A stretch of 63,799 bases of DNA, counting the filler, from Octopus bimaculoides (Eukaryota), in NCBI RefSeq assembly GCF_001194135.2. It is 6 parts of 6 records of this genome, joined end to end, with 100 filler letters (N's around TTAATTAATTAA, not from the genome) between each part and the next. Parts side by side here need not be neighbours in the genome. Positions count along the whole stretch, not along the records: positions 1 to 11,610 come from NC_068988.1; positions 11,711 to 27,522 come from NC_069000.1; 4 more parts are not named here. One strand, 5' to 3'. Of the stretch, positions 9,345 through 22,364 are shown piece by piece. A program made the translations under genes and the position numbers. The notes beneath the pieces were generated by a model. The model searched no databases. It was not told where the DNA came from and was given only the letters and a program-made list of their open reading frames with translations. The number at the start of each line of letters is the position of its first letter. Position 1 is the first letter of the stretch.

Positions 9345-10198
9345 TTCACACATGCAGAGAGAGAAAACGAGACATGCGTGTGCGTATGTGTGCGTGTGTG
9401 TGTGAGTGTGTGTGTGTGTGTGTAGATGTGTGTGTGTGTGTTTGTGTAGATGTGTGTGATGTCTCTTAAGCCCAAAATCTAGAGCAGTCAGATCAAAACT
9501 TTCCTTACCTTTAGCCCAATTTAAATATTAACTGGTTCAAACTGTCACGACCTAAAGCTGTGTATTTTACAAAGCAAAAGTGTACAATTCAAGTTGAATT
9601 TAGAATATACTGCACAGCATATCATTTAATGATTTAATGATTTAGAGTTTGAATGCATAGTTTAATTTTTGACAGTCAAGCTTCACTCTGAGCTGCGTAC
9701 GAACCAGCTTCTAGGCTTGGATTTGGCGTGGCATATTGTCAAGTACTCGTGTTTATAACCACGGGAAATGGAAGAAGTGAATCCATAGCCTGTGTCAATT
9801 GAACTGACCACCACATTGATCTTTGCTGAAAATGGAATGATAGTCCTCTCAAACGTTTTATAGGGGACGGAATCATTCTCCAACTTCAAGAATTCGCCTT
9901 TTGCGCGTTGTCAGAAATGAGATTTTTGGCAACAGAACTTTATTAGTGTTCTTCTCTAGAGCTTTACGTTTTGAAAGATATTGATGATCGGTAATGTCAG
10001 TCACTAAGCACTAAGCCTTGCTACTTTGGTGAAACTGGTCGAGCATGTTAAACATATTTCCCAGGTTATTTACATACATAGAGAAATTGCACAAATTTAA
10101 TAGTATATTAAACGAAAACTAACAGACCGCATTGTTGATCCATGACGCAAACACCAAATTGCCCTCCTTGCCTTTGAAATCAAAAGAGAAAAATTATA

Positions 10199-11170
10199 CA
10201 GGGTGTACCAGAAAGATTTACTCATTGATATCTCTTAATTATTCAAAATTAACTTAAGGCACGATAATGAAATTTGTCACACACGTTCTAATGTAAATTG
10301 TCGATCCATTGCAGTAATTGTGGTTCATAATGACCATCTTTCGCTTTGATTATAGCCTGCAAACGAGTGGTCACTGAGTTGCATAAGCGCCGTACAAACT
10401 CTTCATCCGTCTTGACCCATGAAGACAGAAGGGCTTTCTTCAGATCTAACACATTTAAATAGGAGCAAGCATTAACATTATTCTCTAAGATGGACCAGAT
10501 GGACATGGGATTTATGTCTGGACTTGAATGAAGCCATATCATCTTGTCCCAAAAACTGTTGAAACGTTCTTTGCACCACCTCTGTGTCAAATTGGATGTG
10601 TGGGCCGGAGCCGCGTTTTGAGTGAAGATGTAACAGTTACCAAAGGTTTCTGTGACCCAGTGTAGCACTTCCTTGTCCAGCATTTCCATATAAACTTCAC
10701 TGTTGACCTTGACGCCAGCATCGATGAAGATCAAGAGAGACTTGAACCCCTCAGATGCAGTGAGTGAAGCTCACACAATGAGTGAAACTGGCTTCTGATG
10801 GCGTAATTGACCCCTGCTGCCTTCGAGAAAGTCTCTTGCATTACGTGGATAAAGCTTGTCATTCTGCCTCCTGGTAACTGCCTCCACGGTGAAGATCTTC
10901 TCGTCGGACCAGATCAACATCTTGTTAGCGGCGCGCTTCATCTCAGCTAACATGATTTTACCTCTATCGAGCTGTTTCTTCTTGGAAACTGCTGAAATTA
11001 ATTGCCGGAATTGTTTCCTGTATGAGGTTAGTTTTAAATCCTCTTTGGAAATCCTGTGCATTGGTTATTTCGAAATATCTAGAGCTTTTGCAGTTTTTTC
11101 TTGCACTCCTAAAGCCCATGGAACAATATCGTTGACCCCGTTATATCTATGTAAACAAACCTTCTAACGG
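10199..11170 (-). mobile_element. Tc1/mariner maT (DD37D)-like transposon, decayed
   Basis: LIWSDEKIFTVE..QND, FTQNAAPAHTSNLTQRWC, WLHSSPDINP.SIWSILE, RLQAIIKAKDGHYE. TA plus CAGGGTGTACCAG terminus at 10197-10211. Confidence 0.88.
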
Positions 11171-11554
11171 TCACTGACCATGTAACATCTCAGCTCGTAA
11201 GTTACCCCATTATTTCGTTTTTGTCTTGCTATTACATGTTTTATTATGAACTCCGTGAAGACAAATAAATGAGGACTCCAACAGCTCTTTCTTCTTTGTG
11301 AAAGGACTATCATTTATTTCGAAACATATATATAGGAATTAAAGGAACTTTCATCGACATGCGTTTTGCTCCATTTGTTGTTATTATCCATATATTCTCA
11401 AAATGTATCACGTTAACTCGGTATATCAGCCTATAAAACGGCTGGGATATCTTGTTTTTTAGTGTAATTTTGCTACCCCTGGTAACTATTAACGTATTCA
11501 AATTATCGAAAGTTTTAATAACTGAGATAATATTAATATATACATAAACTAATA

Positions 11555-11593
<39 letters not shown>

Positions 11594-11943
11594 TAATATA
11601 TATATGTATGNNNNNNNNNNNNNNNNNNNNNNNNNNNNNNNNNNNNNNNNNNNNTTAATTAATTAANNNNNNNNNNNNNNNNNNNNNNNNNNNNNNNNNN
11701 NNNNNNNNNNCCCACCCCGTCGTTTACTTCCTTTATTTTTCTTCCACTACGTTCTCAAGCTTTTATCTTCAACTTGAATTTACCTATCTCCGTTTACATC
11801 TCTCGATATTCGCTATTCATTCGCCCATCTTCTTTGCAATAACTTTCTTTAATCGGTATTTACTTTCCTCTCTATGCCGCCCTTTATGTTTATCAATCAA
11901 TGAAACTCTCCTTCTCAGCGTCTCTCCTCTTTCTTCCTCATTA

Positions 11944-11978
<35 letters not shown>

Positions 11979-13134
11979 TTATCTATCTATATATATATAT
12001 ATATCTGCCAGGCTCTCCCCCTCTCTCTGTCTCTTTCTATTACTCTGCTAACTTTCTTTTCCATACATTCCAACCACTATTTGCGGTATTGATATATACA
12101 TAAAAGAATGGAAATGAAAGCTCGCCTCTCCCACCCCCGTCTTTAATACCTCTACACTTCCTTTTAGCAATTATAAGCGTCCACATCTTCAGCATCCTCT
12201 TCTTGCCCTTTTATCTTCCAACCTGGGGAAACAAACCACCACTCTTATCTTTAACCGCCATCTTTGTTATTGGAGAGACAATTTCCCGCGCTTTCAACAA
12301 GCATTCAATTGCTATTACATATCTCTTTAGAGGTTCATATTTTCGTTAACTGCTCCACTCTAATAAATATCAGTTGCCATATGCCTCTTCTATTATCTGT
12401 CTCCTCTGGACTTTGACCAAATACCAGGACCTTTCATTGCCAACATTTCTCATATTGCCGATGCCATTTGCCAATTATAAGCTCTAACAAGGAATGCGAT
12501 GAAGAGTGATGACATAATGCAATCAGGAATTAAATAGAAATAAAATAATGAAGAAATATTCAGAATAGTGAGGTTGAATGAAAAGATGGCAAAGGAATTA
12601 TAATTTAACAAGAGGAAAGAGGAAAATCATTATGAATATCAACTATGTTTTGCTATTTGCTATATGTGTGGTATTTGCTGTTCATAAATAAACCACACGC
12701 ACGTATGTATGTATGTATGTATATTTATACATGTGTGTTTGGCTACATGTGAATGTGTGTTCTTATGTGTGGAAGCATGCTACTTGTTTCTTTTATTCAA
12801 AAGCATGTTGATTTTGTTGGTAGAGATCAATGACGGAAACTCGGTAGCAGCATCATTGATTTATGGAAAAAACGAGCATCATGGAGAGTCCAATATCTGA
12901 CTCCCGGCATGCGCGCGCACACACACACACACATACACACACACACACATACACACACACACGTGTACATGGCTGATATGTTTGTTTTCGTATGTGTCTG
13001 TGTGTGTGTGTGTGTGTGTGTGCATACATACGTATACATATATACGGATAGATAGAGAGAGGGGAGAGAGAGGGAGAAAGAGACTGACAAATATAGATAT
13101 AGACAGATAGCTGATATGTATATATACATATATA

Positions 13135-13514
13135 TTCTTTTATTTGTTTCAGTCATTTGACTGCGGCCATGCTAGAGCACGACCTTAAGTCGAGCAAGTC
13201 GACGCCAGGACTTATTCTTTGTAAACCTAGCACTTATTCTATCGGTCACTTTTGCTGAAACCCTAAGTTACGAGGACGTAAATACATCAACGGTTGTCAA
13301 ACAATGGAGTGGGGACAAACACAGGCACACACACAAATATATACAAATATATACGACAGGCTTCTTTCAGTTTCCGTCTACCAAATCCACCCACAAGGCT
13401 TTGGTTGGGCCAAGGCCTCAGTAGAAGACTCTTGCCCAAGGTGCCACGCAGTGGGACTGAACCCGGAAACATGTTGTTGGAAAGCAAGCTTCTTACTACA
13501 CAAGCACTCCTGCA

Positions 13515-13516
<2 letters not shown>
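13135..13516 (-). mobile_element. tRNA-derived SINE family A, near full length
   Basis: Head gtgcaggagtgcttg..ggttcagtcccactgcgtggcaccttgggcaagagtcttctact; tail catggccgcagtcaaatgactgaaacaaat. Confidence 0.9.
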
Positions 13517-13567
<51 letters not shown>

Positions 13568-14644
13568 GCTGACCAAGCTCTGTATGAGTCATAATACTCA
13601 TTTTTGTCAACTGTGTGTACTAAGCAACGTAAAATAAAGTGACTTGCCGAAAAACACAACATGACTCCCTTACCGAAAATCGAACCCATGCCTTTATACG
13701 ATGGTGGGACGGTAATGACAGTGGTGGAATTGCTGGTACGGTGATTGTATGGTAGGGTTATAATTGTAACATAGTGGTTATAAAGGGGTGAAAGTAGAGT
13801 AGCTGGTGGTGATGGTGGCGCCAGCTGTTGTGGTGGTGGTGCTGGCGGTGGAAGCAGTTGTTAATGCGAGAATGGTGACGTATATATAGGAATAAAATCA
13901 TGAAGAAAACACCCAAAAATATAAATGGAAAAAAGAAAAACTAAATTTAAGACGAAAGTAAGAAAGCACGAACAAGATTATAAAGAGATGTCGAGTGAAT
14001 AGAAGAAATACAGAATGAACGAACGAACGAATGAGTGAATGAATGAATTCTGAAAGGAATTTTGATGGTTATGATGTAACACGGAAATACGCTGAGATAG
14101 ATCGGGAAGGGTGAAGGATGAGGTAAGACATGAAAAAGAGGTGAGGGAAGAAATGAAAGGAAGTCTAAGGAAAGAGAAGAGACAAAAGGGAAAAAGCAGA
14201 TGTAGGAAGGAGGAGTGATACTGGAAATAAGTTTAAATAGGAGGGGGGGAAGAGAAGGAAAATCGTGAAGCAGATGGAGGAAAGAAAGTGAGATGGAGAG
14301 GGTGAAAGCAAAGAAAGGAGTGGCGATATAAGAGGAGCCAAAAGATGAAAAATAGATGAGCAGGGATGATGGGAAGATGATAGAAAAGTAAGGGTATGGG
14401 ATGGTGGAGTGGGATCGAGGGGTAGAAGAGCCAATGAAAATAGCCGGGAGAAGAATGCAAAGTGAAATTTAATGATGAAATAACAAAAGAGAATTTTCCA
14501 CGTGAAGGCAAGAGGCGGTGAAATGTCGGTTAAAATAAATACAAATACAACTTCGCTTCACTTGCTCTGTTCTCTGGACAATCAATACGGCATCATCACC
14601 AGCAGAAACAACAACAGCAGTAGCAGTAGTAGTAGCATTAATAA

Positions 14645-14810
14645 CGACAGGAACATCAGTAACACTTATAACTGATTCTAATTTAGACGCAAGGCCAGCA
14701 ATTTTGACGAGAGAGCATTGGTCGATTACATAGACTCCAGTACTAGACAGATTTTTTATTGTATCGGCCACGGAAGGCCAAGTCAAAGCTGAACTTGGCA
14801 GGATTAGAAC
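14645..14810 (-). mobile_element. SINE family B, diverged fragment
   Basis: gattacatagactccagtact...ggccacggaaggccaagtcaaagctgaacttggcaggattagaactcag aligns to the family B body. Confidence 0.55.
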
Positions 14811-14867
14811 TCAGGAAGATGAGAGAGATATGAGTGGCTCAGGAAGGAGAATAGGTCAGTGAGTAGG

Positions 14868-15215
14868 TTAGTGGTCGTCTAGATCCTTTTGCCCTGCACA
14901 GACAGCCTTCCTCTTTGAATTTATTTGTGCCATGTCCAAAATCTGCATTGCCGTTGGTGACTTTTTAGAGACCTCTCTCACAAATGCACGCTGCACAGTC
15001 TTGTTCGACTGAGTTCGATCATACTTCAACACACAAAACGCCTTTACTCGTCCTGTAAATACCATTTTTATACCTGTAAAGATAAACATATCAAACATTA
15101 AACATAAAATGTTGACTTGTTTCTACGCATGCTATTAAAATTTGAAGTCATTTGAACAAGAACTGGCTAAGTTATTAGATTGTGAAATGATATCAATTTT
15201 TTTAAAAACACTCTG
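14868..15215 (-). mobile_element. Tc1/mariner-superfamily (DD37D/DD41D-like) transposon 5' fragment
   Basis: MVFTGRVKAFCVLKYDRTQSNKTVQRAFVREVSKKSPT resembles the DUF4817-type N-terminal HTH. Terminus TA plus CAGAGTGTTTTTAAAA at 15217-15200. Confidence 0.75.
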
Positions 15216-16789
15216 TATATATATATGTGTGTGTGTGTGTGAGTATATATTTTTATATATGTGTATGTATCTCAACAAATTCCATCAAAGAAAAACGTGG
15301 GCATTAAATGATTAAGATAATGTGTATACATACACCGTCTTATGGCCTAGGTTAACTAGGCAGTTGCCGGGCGATCTAGTACTACGAGTCTAGGAAACTA
15401 ATTCTGATCTATGGATACTGTCGCTTGCTACCAATAAAATTAAATAATATAGGGGTCATTGTATTATTATGCGCGGGGTTTATAACGTTGCCTAGACGAC
15501 TCTGAAGAGCAGTAGTGGTCAAAAGATCAAAAGAAGCTGCACCGACAGCAGAAACTTCATAGTTACAATAGCTGTAATATTCATAACATTAACGACACCA
15601 TCAGCCATAGCTACGACAGCAGTAACAGGGCAATAGCAATCGCTGTCAACAGAAACCACAATTGCGACAGCAGTAACAACAACAGCGATAGCAGTTACAA
15701 ACAAGGGCAGTAATAGCCACGACGACAATCACAACAGCAGCCATAGATTCCACAGCAGTAAAAACAGCAGCAATAACGACAATACTGTTAATAACTGCAG
15801 CAATAGCTAGAACATCAGCAATAACTACAACAATAGCCATAAGAATGTAAGAGTTGAAACAATGACTACAAACACAGTTACAATAGAGCGGCAGCAGCAG
15901 TACACATTAACAGTGATAACAACAACAACAACAGCGATAAGCACAATACAAAAACAACAGCAGCAATGGCGACATCAACCGTGATAAAAACAGCAGCAGC
16001 AATTACCACGATACTGAAACAACAGCAATTACAGCTACACTGAATCAACAGCAGTAATAGACTTAAGACGGTCTCAATAGGAGTAAGAATAAATAAAAAT
16101 CGTTTCTTCTGGACACGGAAGAGGTGAATGTTAGGAACGAGAATAGTTGCGGTGTTATGGTGGAGTAACAAGGCAGAATGTTCTAGTGAAGGCATACAGA
16201 ATCAAAATGAAAGGAAGGAGAGGATTGATGAGTAGTTAGTTAAATATTTTGGTTTTGCAGTAAAATCTTCAGCGGCATTCTTTCGTTGGCTTGTTTTCTG
16301 AGGTAGTTCTTTTGTTTCATCATTATCAGATAAGTTCGCCTAGATTTCATGAAATATGAGTAAGGGAACTGCCTGCCTGCCTGCCAGTATTTCAGTGTGT
16401 TTATGACTAGTAGATGTCTTTCTGTCTGGCAAAATTTAACATATTTTCATACGGTATGCTCGCAGAACCGATATTATGTCGGGCTGAATTTTTTTATATT
16501 TTGTTGTTCTTATTTTACAGTATTTAGTTTTCCTTCTTTATATTATGAGTTCAAATTCTCCTTAGACGTATCGTATCGCCTTTGCCATTTAGCCATCGCA
16601 GGTCGATAATATATGTAGTATACAAACAAACTACATTCTATTAAATGAAACGCGGATGACTGAACGGGGAGAATGAGGGACAAACCGATGAAATGTCGCC
16701 AATCCATACCCTCTCAGCTGTGTTGCTCTTAGTTTATGGGTACAATTTATGGTTATTAGATATTTATATGTGTTTTTCACTCACAGACC

Positions 16790-16932
16790 TCTTTTGATAT
16801 CAAAGCGAACTTGACAGATGTTTGTGGATGAAGTTACCAATATATGCTCAAACAACACACCAACATAAGTCATGAATATAAATAGGAGGATTCCAAGAGA
16901 GAAAATGGCTCATTATGAAAATCAAAGGACTG

Positions 16933-16981
<49 letters not shown>

Positions 16982-18200
16982 GTTTATATTTAAGCATGTA
17001 TACAAGCTTACATATAAACATTGATACAAGGCAATTAAAATACTGCCAAGAACAGCATCCATTATCGACAGCAATATTATCGGTCGAATAAAAAAATAAC
17101 ATCTTCAGAATATCATGAAAGCTATCATCAAAAGTCAAAGGGTAACAGGAAAAACAGAGGGGCCGTTGAGATCATCAGAAACAACCCTTAATCATTTGAA
17201 AAGAAATTAGGGCCACTGTTTCAAGTATTGGACAATCGATTAATGAAAACTTTCATGACGATACTAAAGAAATTGTGGCGATTCTGAAGAAACAATATTA
17301 CTGTCCCCTCTTCATTGATCCCATTGAAAGCGAAATTGATCAGTAGTTCTTAACTTGGATTTTGCTGATCTCTAGAAGCCCCATGAGCTGTTGTCAAAAT
17401 TTTAAAAGGCTGCAGTGTAAAATGTATAAATAGTTAGTTAAATATATTTAGTTACATGTATCTTTCGAATTAGAAACGAAACGAGGTTGTTATTACTTAT
17501 TGAATAAACAAGCATTTTCTTAGTACGAGATGTGTGAAAAATTTATTAAAATTAAAATGGTCCTTGGAAATGAAAAGGGTTGAGGACCACTCACGTGGTG
17601 TCAATGAAGATATATAATCCTTAAAATAACTCCCAGTAAACTGGACATCGTTGTAGTAATAAATATAATTACTGTTGAACAACAGGCCCCGATTAATTTC
17701 CAACTGGTATCCCAGAGGATTGCCGATACAAATTTATATCTGTTCTATTTGTTTTCCGGAGAAAATTGCTTGACATAGGCTTTATCACTGACCATTTTTT
17801 TTATCTTGTCTTACCAGTTTTCTTAAAAAGAAATAGTTGCTCTGCTGTCACTTATATTCCGTATGATCACACAGCAGTGATTTACAAGAACGGCGGACAC
17901 GTTTCTCCTTTGTGTAGGGATTTTGTCAATGCTATACAACCATTTATCACTTGCTAAGACGAAATTCGCGCTTTGATATAGAGGTAAGAGTGAATAATAG
18001 ATTCAATGATATTGCGGAAAGCTTGCAGAGCGGTAAAAATCTCGGTGGAAACAATTGAAACAGCATTAAATTAAAATCGACATCTTAGTTTCATACTAAA
18101 TGTAAATATATCGTTGAAAAGCATGGTGCTATGGTTTTCATATGAGAAGAAAAATCCTTTCTTAGACATGTTGTGTTAATGTGTATGATACAAAAATGGC
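16790..18200 (+). mobile_element. Highly decayed Penelope-like RT, interrupted
   Basis: SFDIK..VDEVTNIC (16790), YKNGGHVSPL (about 17885-17912), RFNDI (17999), EKKNPFLDML (about 18150). Colinear with PLE motifs SFDV/MGSPL/RYVDD/LPFLD. Confidence 0.5.
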
Positions 18201-18954
18201 GATATGAATTTATCTCCTTATACTAGAGTTGTTAACGTGGGAACAAGAAACCTGTTCATTCCCAGCAAACGGTTGATAATGCAGCTTCTTAAGAGTGAAG
18301 CACCACAAAAATACTTCGAAAACTACAAAAAAAAACCCACTCCAAATAAATAACTAAAATTTGTATATTTATTTCTTTAGTTATCTATTTGGAGGGTTGT
18401 TTTTTTGTTTTCTTTAGCAAATTACTAATAAATAAATTGAAGAAAAAACACCTCTATGCCGTACGTCTAATCGAATGCAAGACCTCTGACATTTCACGTA
18501 ATATGACATGATGACATCACATGCTAGGATCAAATAGCCGAAACGCATTCAAGAAGACAAGATGGAGATGAACATACAGGAGATCAACAGGATCTATTCA
18601 GAATGATTGATGAAGACTCAGAACGTTGTCATGTTTAGAAAATTCTTGTACAGTTTTAATGTTTCCATATAACATACATGAACGGTGAAAAACGTAAGAC
18701 ATTTTCAAATGAGTTATAGATATGAATTTAACAATCTGATACATATGAGGGTAAACGTGTGTGTATGTGAGTGTGTGTGGGGGGGATGAGTGGTCGGGTG
18801 TGTTGCTGCTTTCTGTTTGTAGTTATGAATATGTTCATATTTCCTTATTAAGATTTAACATTTTATCTGAAACCTAAGGTTCCATAGTCAAGCAATATTT
18901 AAATCAACCTCTGGAGGGTGCAGCTCTACATGACTTTTGCTATGCTATTTCAGT

Positions 18955-19086
18955 GCTGCTGCTGCTGCTGCTGCAGCTTCTTCTTCTTCTTCTTCTTCTT
19001 CTTCTTCTTCTTCTTCTTCTTCTTCTTCTTCTTCTTCTTCTTCTTCTTCTTCTTCTTCTTCTTCTTCTTCTTCTTCTTCTTCTTCT
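18955..19086. repeat. Compound (GCT)n(TTC)n microsatellite running into a gap
   Basis: Seen directly. Confidence 0.95.
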
Positions 19087-20084
19087 NNNNNNNNNNNNNN
19101 NNNNNNNNNNNNNNNNNNNNNNNNNNNNNNNNNNNNNNNNNNNNNNNNNNNNNNNNNNNNNNNNNNNNNNNNNNNNNNNNNNNNNNNNNNNNNNNNNNNN
19201 NNNNNNNNNNNNNNNNNNNNNNNNNNNNNNNNNNNNNNNNNNNNNNNNNNNNNNNNNNNNNNNNNNNNNNNNNNNNNNNNNNNNNNNNNNNNNNNNNNNN
19301 NNNNNNNNNNNNNNNNNNNNNNNNNNNNNNNNNNNNNNNNNNNNNNNNNNNNNNNNNNNNNNNNNNNNNNNNNNNNNNNNNNNNNNNNNNNNNNNNNNNN
19401 NNNNNNNNNNNNNNNNNNNNNNNNNNNNNNNNNNNNNNNNNNNNNNNNNNNNNNNNNNNNNNNNNNNNNNNNNNNNNNNNNNNNNNNNNNNNNNNNNNNN
19501 NNNNNNNNNNNNNNNNNNNNNATATATATATATATATATACATACACAATATATGTAAGTAACTATATTGTCTAATGTGTCCTTTACTTAAGACGATGCT
19601 GTCTGATTTCAGGACGATTTAGTTGTCGTTTCTAGCAGATACAACGAGCACACAAAGGCCCTGGAAATGCATTGCTCGGCGAAGCAGTAAAAATCAATTC
19701 TGCTCCTCTGCTTACATTCTGCTCCTTTTTTTTCCTTCTCGATTTTGTGAGCCAATTCTCGCTCACTTCCTTTTAGTTCTTCATACATTTATTTTTTTCC
19801 CTCCACCCACACAGTCTTTGTCCTTGATCCAATTCATTTAATACATACATACATACATACATACATACATGCAAACAGACATACACACACTCATTTATAC
19901 ATGCATACTTACAATCATACATACTTACTATGTACGCACTTACATACATACATACATACATACGTACATACATACATACATACATACATACATACGCCGA
20001 GGTGCTGAATGGTTCCTGAATTAAGGCGTATCGCAAAAGGCCCTCTTTGAGGCCCAACATTCCGAGTTCTTTTACTGGGTTTAG

Positions 20085-20213
20085 AAAAAGAAAAGAACCT
20101 CTACAATATGTATATGAATCTCAGAGAGGGGAATATGTTGAATAAAGTCATAATTAAGTGTTCCTCTCGTGTTTTGTTTTACTCTAAGCCAGGAAATTTT
20201 TAGCGCCCCCTTG
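20085..20213 (-). mobile_element. Mariner-like terminal fragment (irritans-like TIR)
   Basis: Reverse complement TA plus CAAGGGGGCGCTAAAAATTTCCTGGCTT...tttattcaacatattcccctctctgagattcata. Confidence 0.5.
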
Positions 20214-20589
20214 TACATTCGAAAACGTAATAATGAATCCACCAATGTGTAGATTCGAAACCATGCTCTATGCAATCAATATTCGTTATATACTTTTGGT
20301 TTGTTTTGTTTTGTTTTTCATCTCAGTTGTTTCCTTGTAAATTATATTTCAAATGTTCAATTTTGTTCACATTGATCTGAAGACCAAAAATGAGAAACTT
20401 GTAATTTTTTGTGAAGCTTTCATCTTCAAAATATGATATCATGTTTATCATATAAATGTATAGATATCGAGAAGCATACACACACATATTCATATATAAA
20501 TATACATGCCCATACCATATAGATATATAGATCATACATACGCACACGCACACACACACACATAGATAGATAGATAGATAGATAGATAT

Positions 20590-20626
<37 letters not shown>

Positions 20627-20728
20627 CACACTTCTCTACACGGAAATATATATATATAACATGCACGTATATATTTACATTACATATAATATGCACAGAT
20701 ATATATTTACATATATATATATATATTT

Positions 20729-20839
<111 letters not shown>

Positions 20840-22300
20840 CACACACGCATACTTATATATGTGAATATATATGCATAAATGAATGAATTCATATATGTAC
20901 GTACATACATACATGCATACATACATACATAATACATACATACATACACACATACATAAATACACACATACATACATACATACATACATACAGATACATC
21001 TGATGATTCATTCCTTCAGCTACACGCATCTCGTGTTTCTGTGGTTCTTGAAGAATTGTCTTATTTTATTTCTGTTTGTATATATATGTAAGTTAGGTAT
21101 TTATTTATCTAGCCATTTATCTAACTGTAAATCTATCTAAGACCACATCTAAAAATATATATATATATAAAAAGAAAATAGAATATATCTCTTTCGCCAT
21201 ATTTACTTTCGTTTAGCATTGTTACTCACTCCTTTGTTTTACTGCCTTAATCCCTTATTTTTTTCATGTATGCACGTTCATATATGTATGTTTGTGCGTA
21301 TAACTATATGCATGTGCGTCTATATGTTGATGTGTCTGTATACTTATACCTGTCTAGTAATGTTGTTTTTCTCCCTTGTTTGTGTCTACAGCTGTGCTCT
21401 CTCTCTTTTTTTTTTATTCTTGTATTCATGACTGCATACACACTATATATCAATTTAGAGTATATCTTAACTCCACCACTAGACTTCAGTTTGTGTAAAC
21501 GTCTTTGAACAAAATTTCAAAGCTGAGCTTCAAGAAATATTGTTATATTTTTATTTGTTAACGTTCCAAAATATTTTCTTTATTGTCTTCATTGTCATAA
21601 AAACACAAAAGCTACTGACATTAATTACGTTTATGTGCCGATGGGGAATAGATCAGCTTTTTCCGGGATAACAAGACACACTCATAACTTATAGAGAAAT
21701 ACATCGATTATACAATATTTTCCATGTTTTCTAATGACAAGCTAAACTAATTTGCCATAAATTATATTATGATTTATTATATTTTCTAGCCAAACACGAA
21801 TTTCCATAAATGTTAAAGTTTCACAATATTTTTACATTGATGCCAAGCAATTTTCTTGACACGCAACAATCATTGAGAGCAAGAGACAAGCTCACTGCGA
21901 ACTAGCTCTGTAATCCAGTTCCGTCTTCTATTTACGGGTTATTTCTCTAACACCACTAATGTTCTTCTTAAAATATGACCTATTGATCAAAGCCAAACCA
22001 GCTATAAACATACGAGTATTTTGGGGTATTGATAACTAAATTATCTAAAATTTTATAATCATCGTCGTCGTCTTTCGTGTTGTTGTTGTTGTTGTTGTTG
22101 TTTTTTTTTAGTACTAATTTAGACTATACAGAGTAATTTTATTGCCAAAGATTTCCAGCAATGACCATCAGGTTCCAATACATAGAAAGTGTTTTGCCTT
22201 TTCTAGTCGGTAGTTCTTTCGAATAACTTCTTTTGTATCAGCACATCTGTCAAAGCACTGGTCTTTTATTCTGTACCTCAAAAGATTACATAAGGCTGTT

Positions 22301-22364
22301 CAGAAATGCATCTCAGAAGTGCATCTCAGAAGTGCATCTCAGAAATGCATCTCAGAAGTGCATC
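22301..22364. repeat. 13-bp minisatellite (cagaaRtgcatct) x ~5
   Basis: Copies start at 22301, 22314, 22327, 22340 and 22353; no spacers. Confidence 0.95.

Noticed and set aside
11468-11481. tttgctacccctg as the second TIR of the maT-like element
   Set aside because: Only a partial match to the 10199 terminus and no clean TA junction; the boundary was left at the last coding similarity.
11655-11666. TTAATTAATTAA flanked by 44 Ns on each side; recurs at 27567-27578, 40449-40460, 60788-60799 and 62393-62404
   Set aside because: An identical 100-nt (44N+12+44N) spacer with stops in all six frames; an assembly/scaffolding linker, not biology.
18528-18638. Acidic open frame DQIAETHSRRQDGDEHTGDQQDLFRMIDEDSERCHV*
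   Set aside because: Bounded by stops, no splice sites or family motif; possibly a TE fragment but unassignable.
19613-19690. cag-preceded frame DDLVVVSSRYNEHTKALEMHCSAKQ*
   Set aside because: Too short, no recognisable homology, no supporting neighbouring exon.
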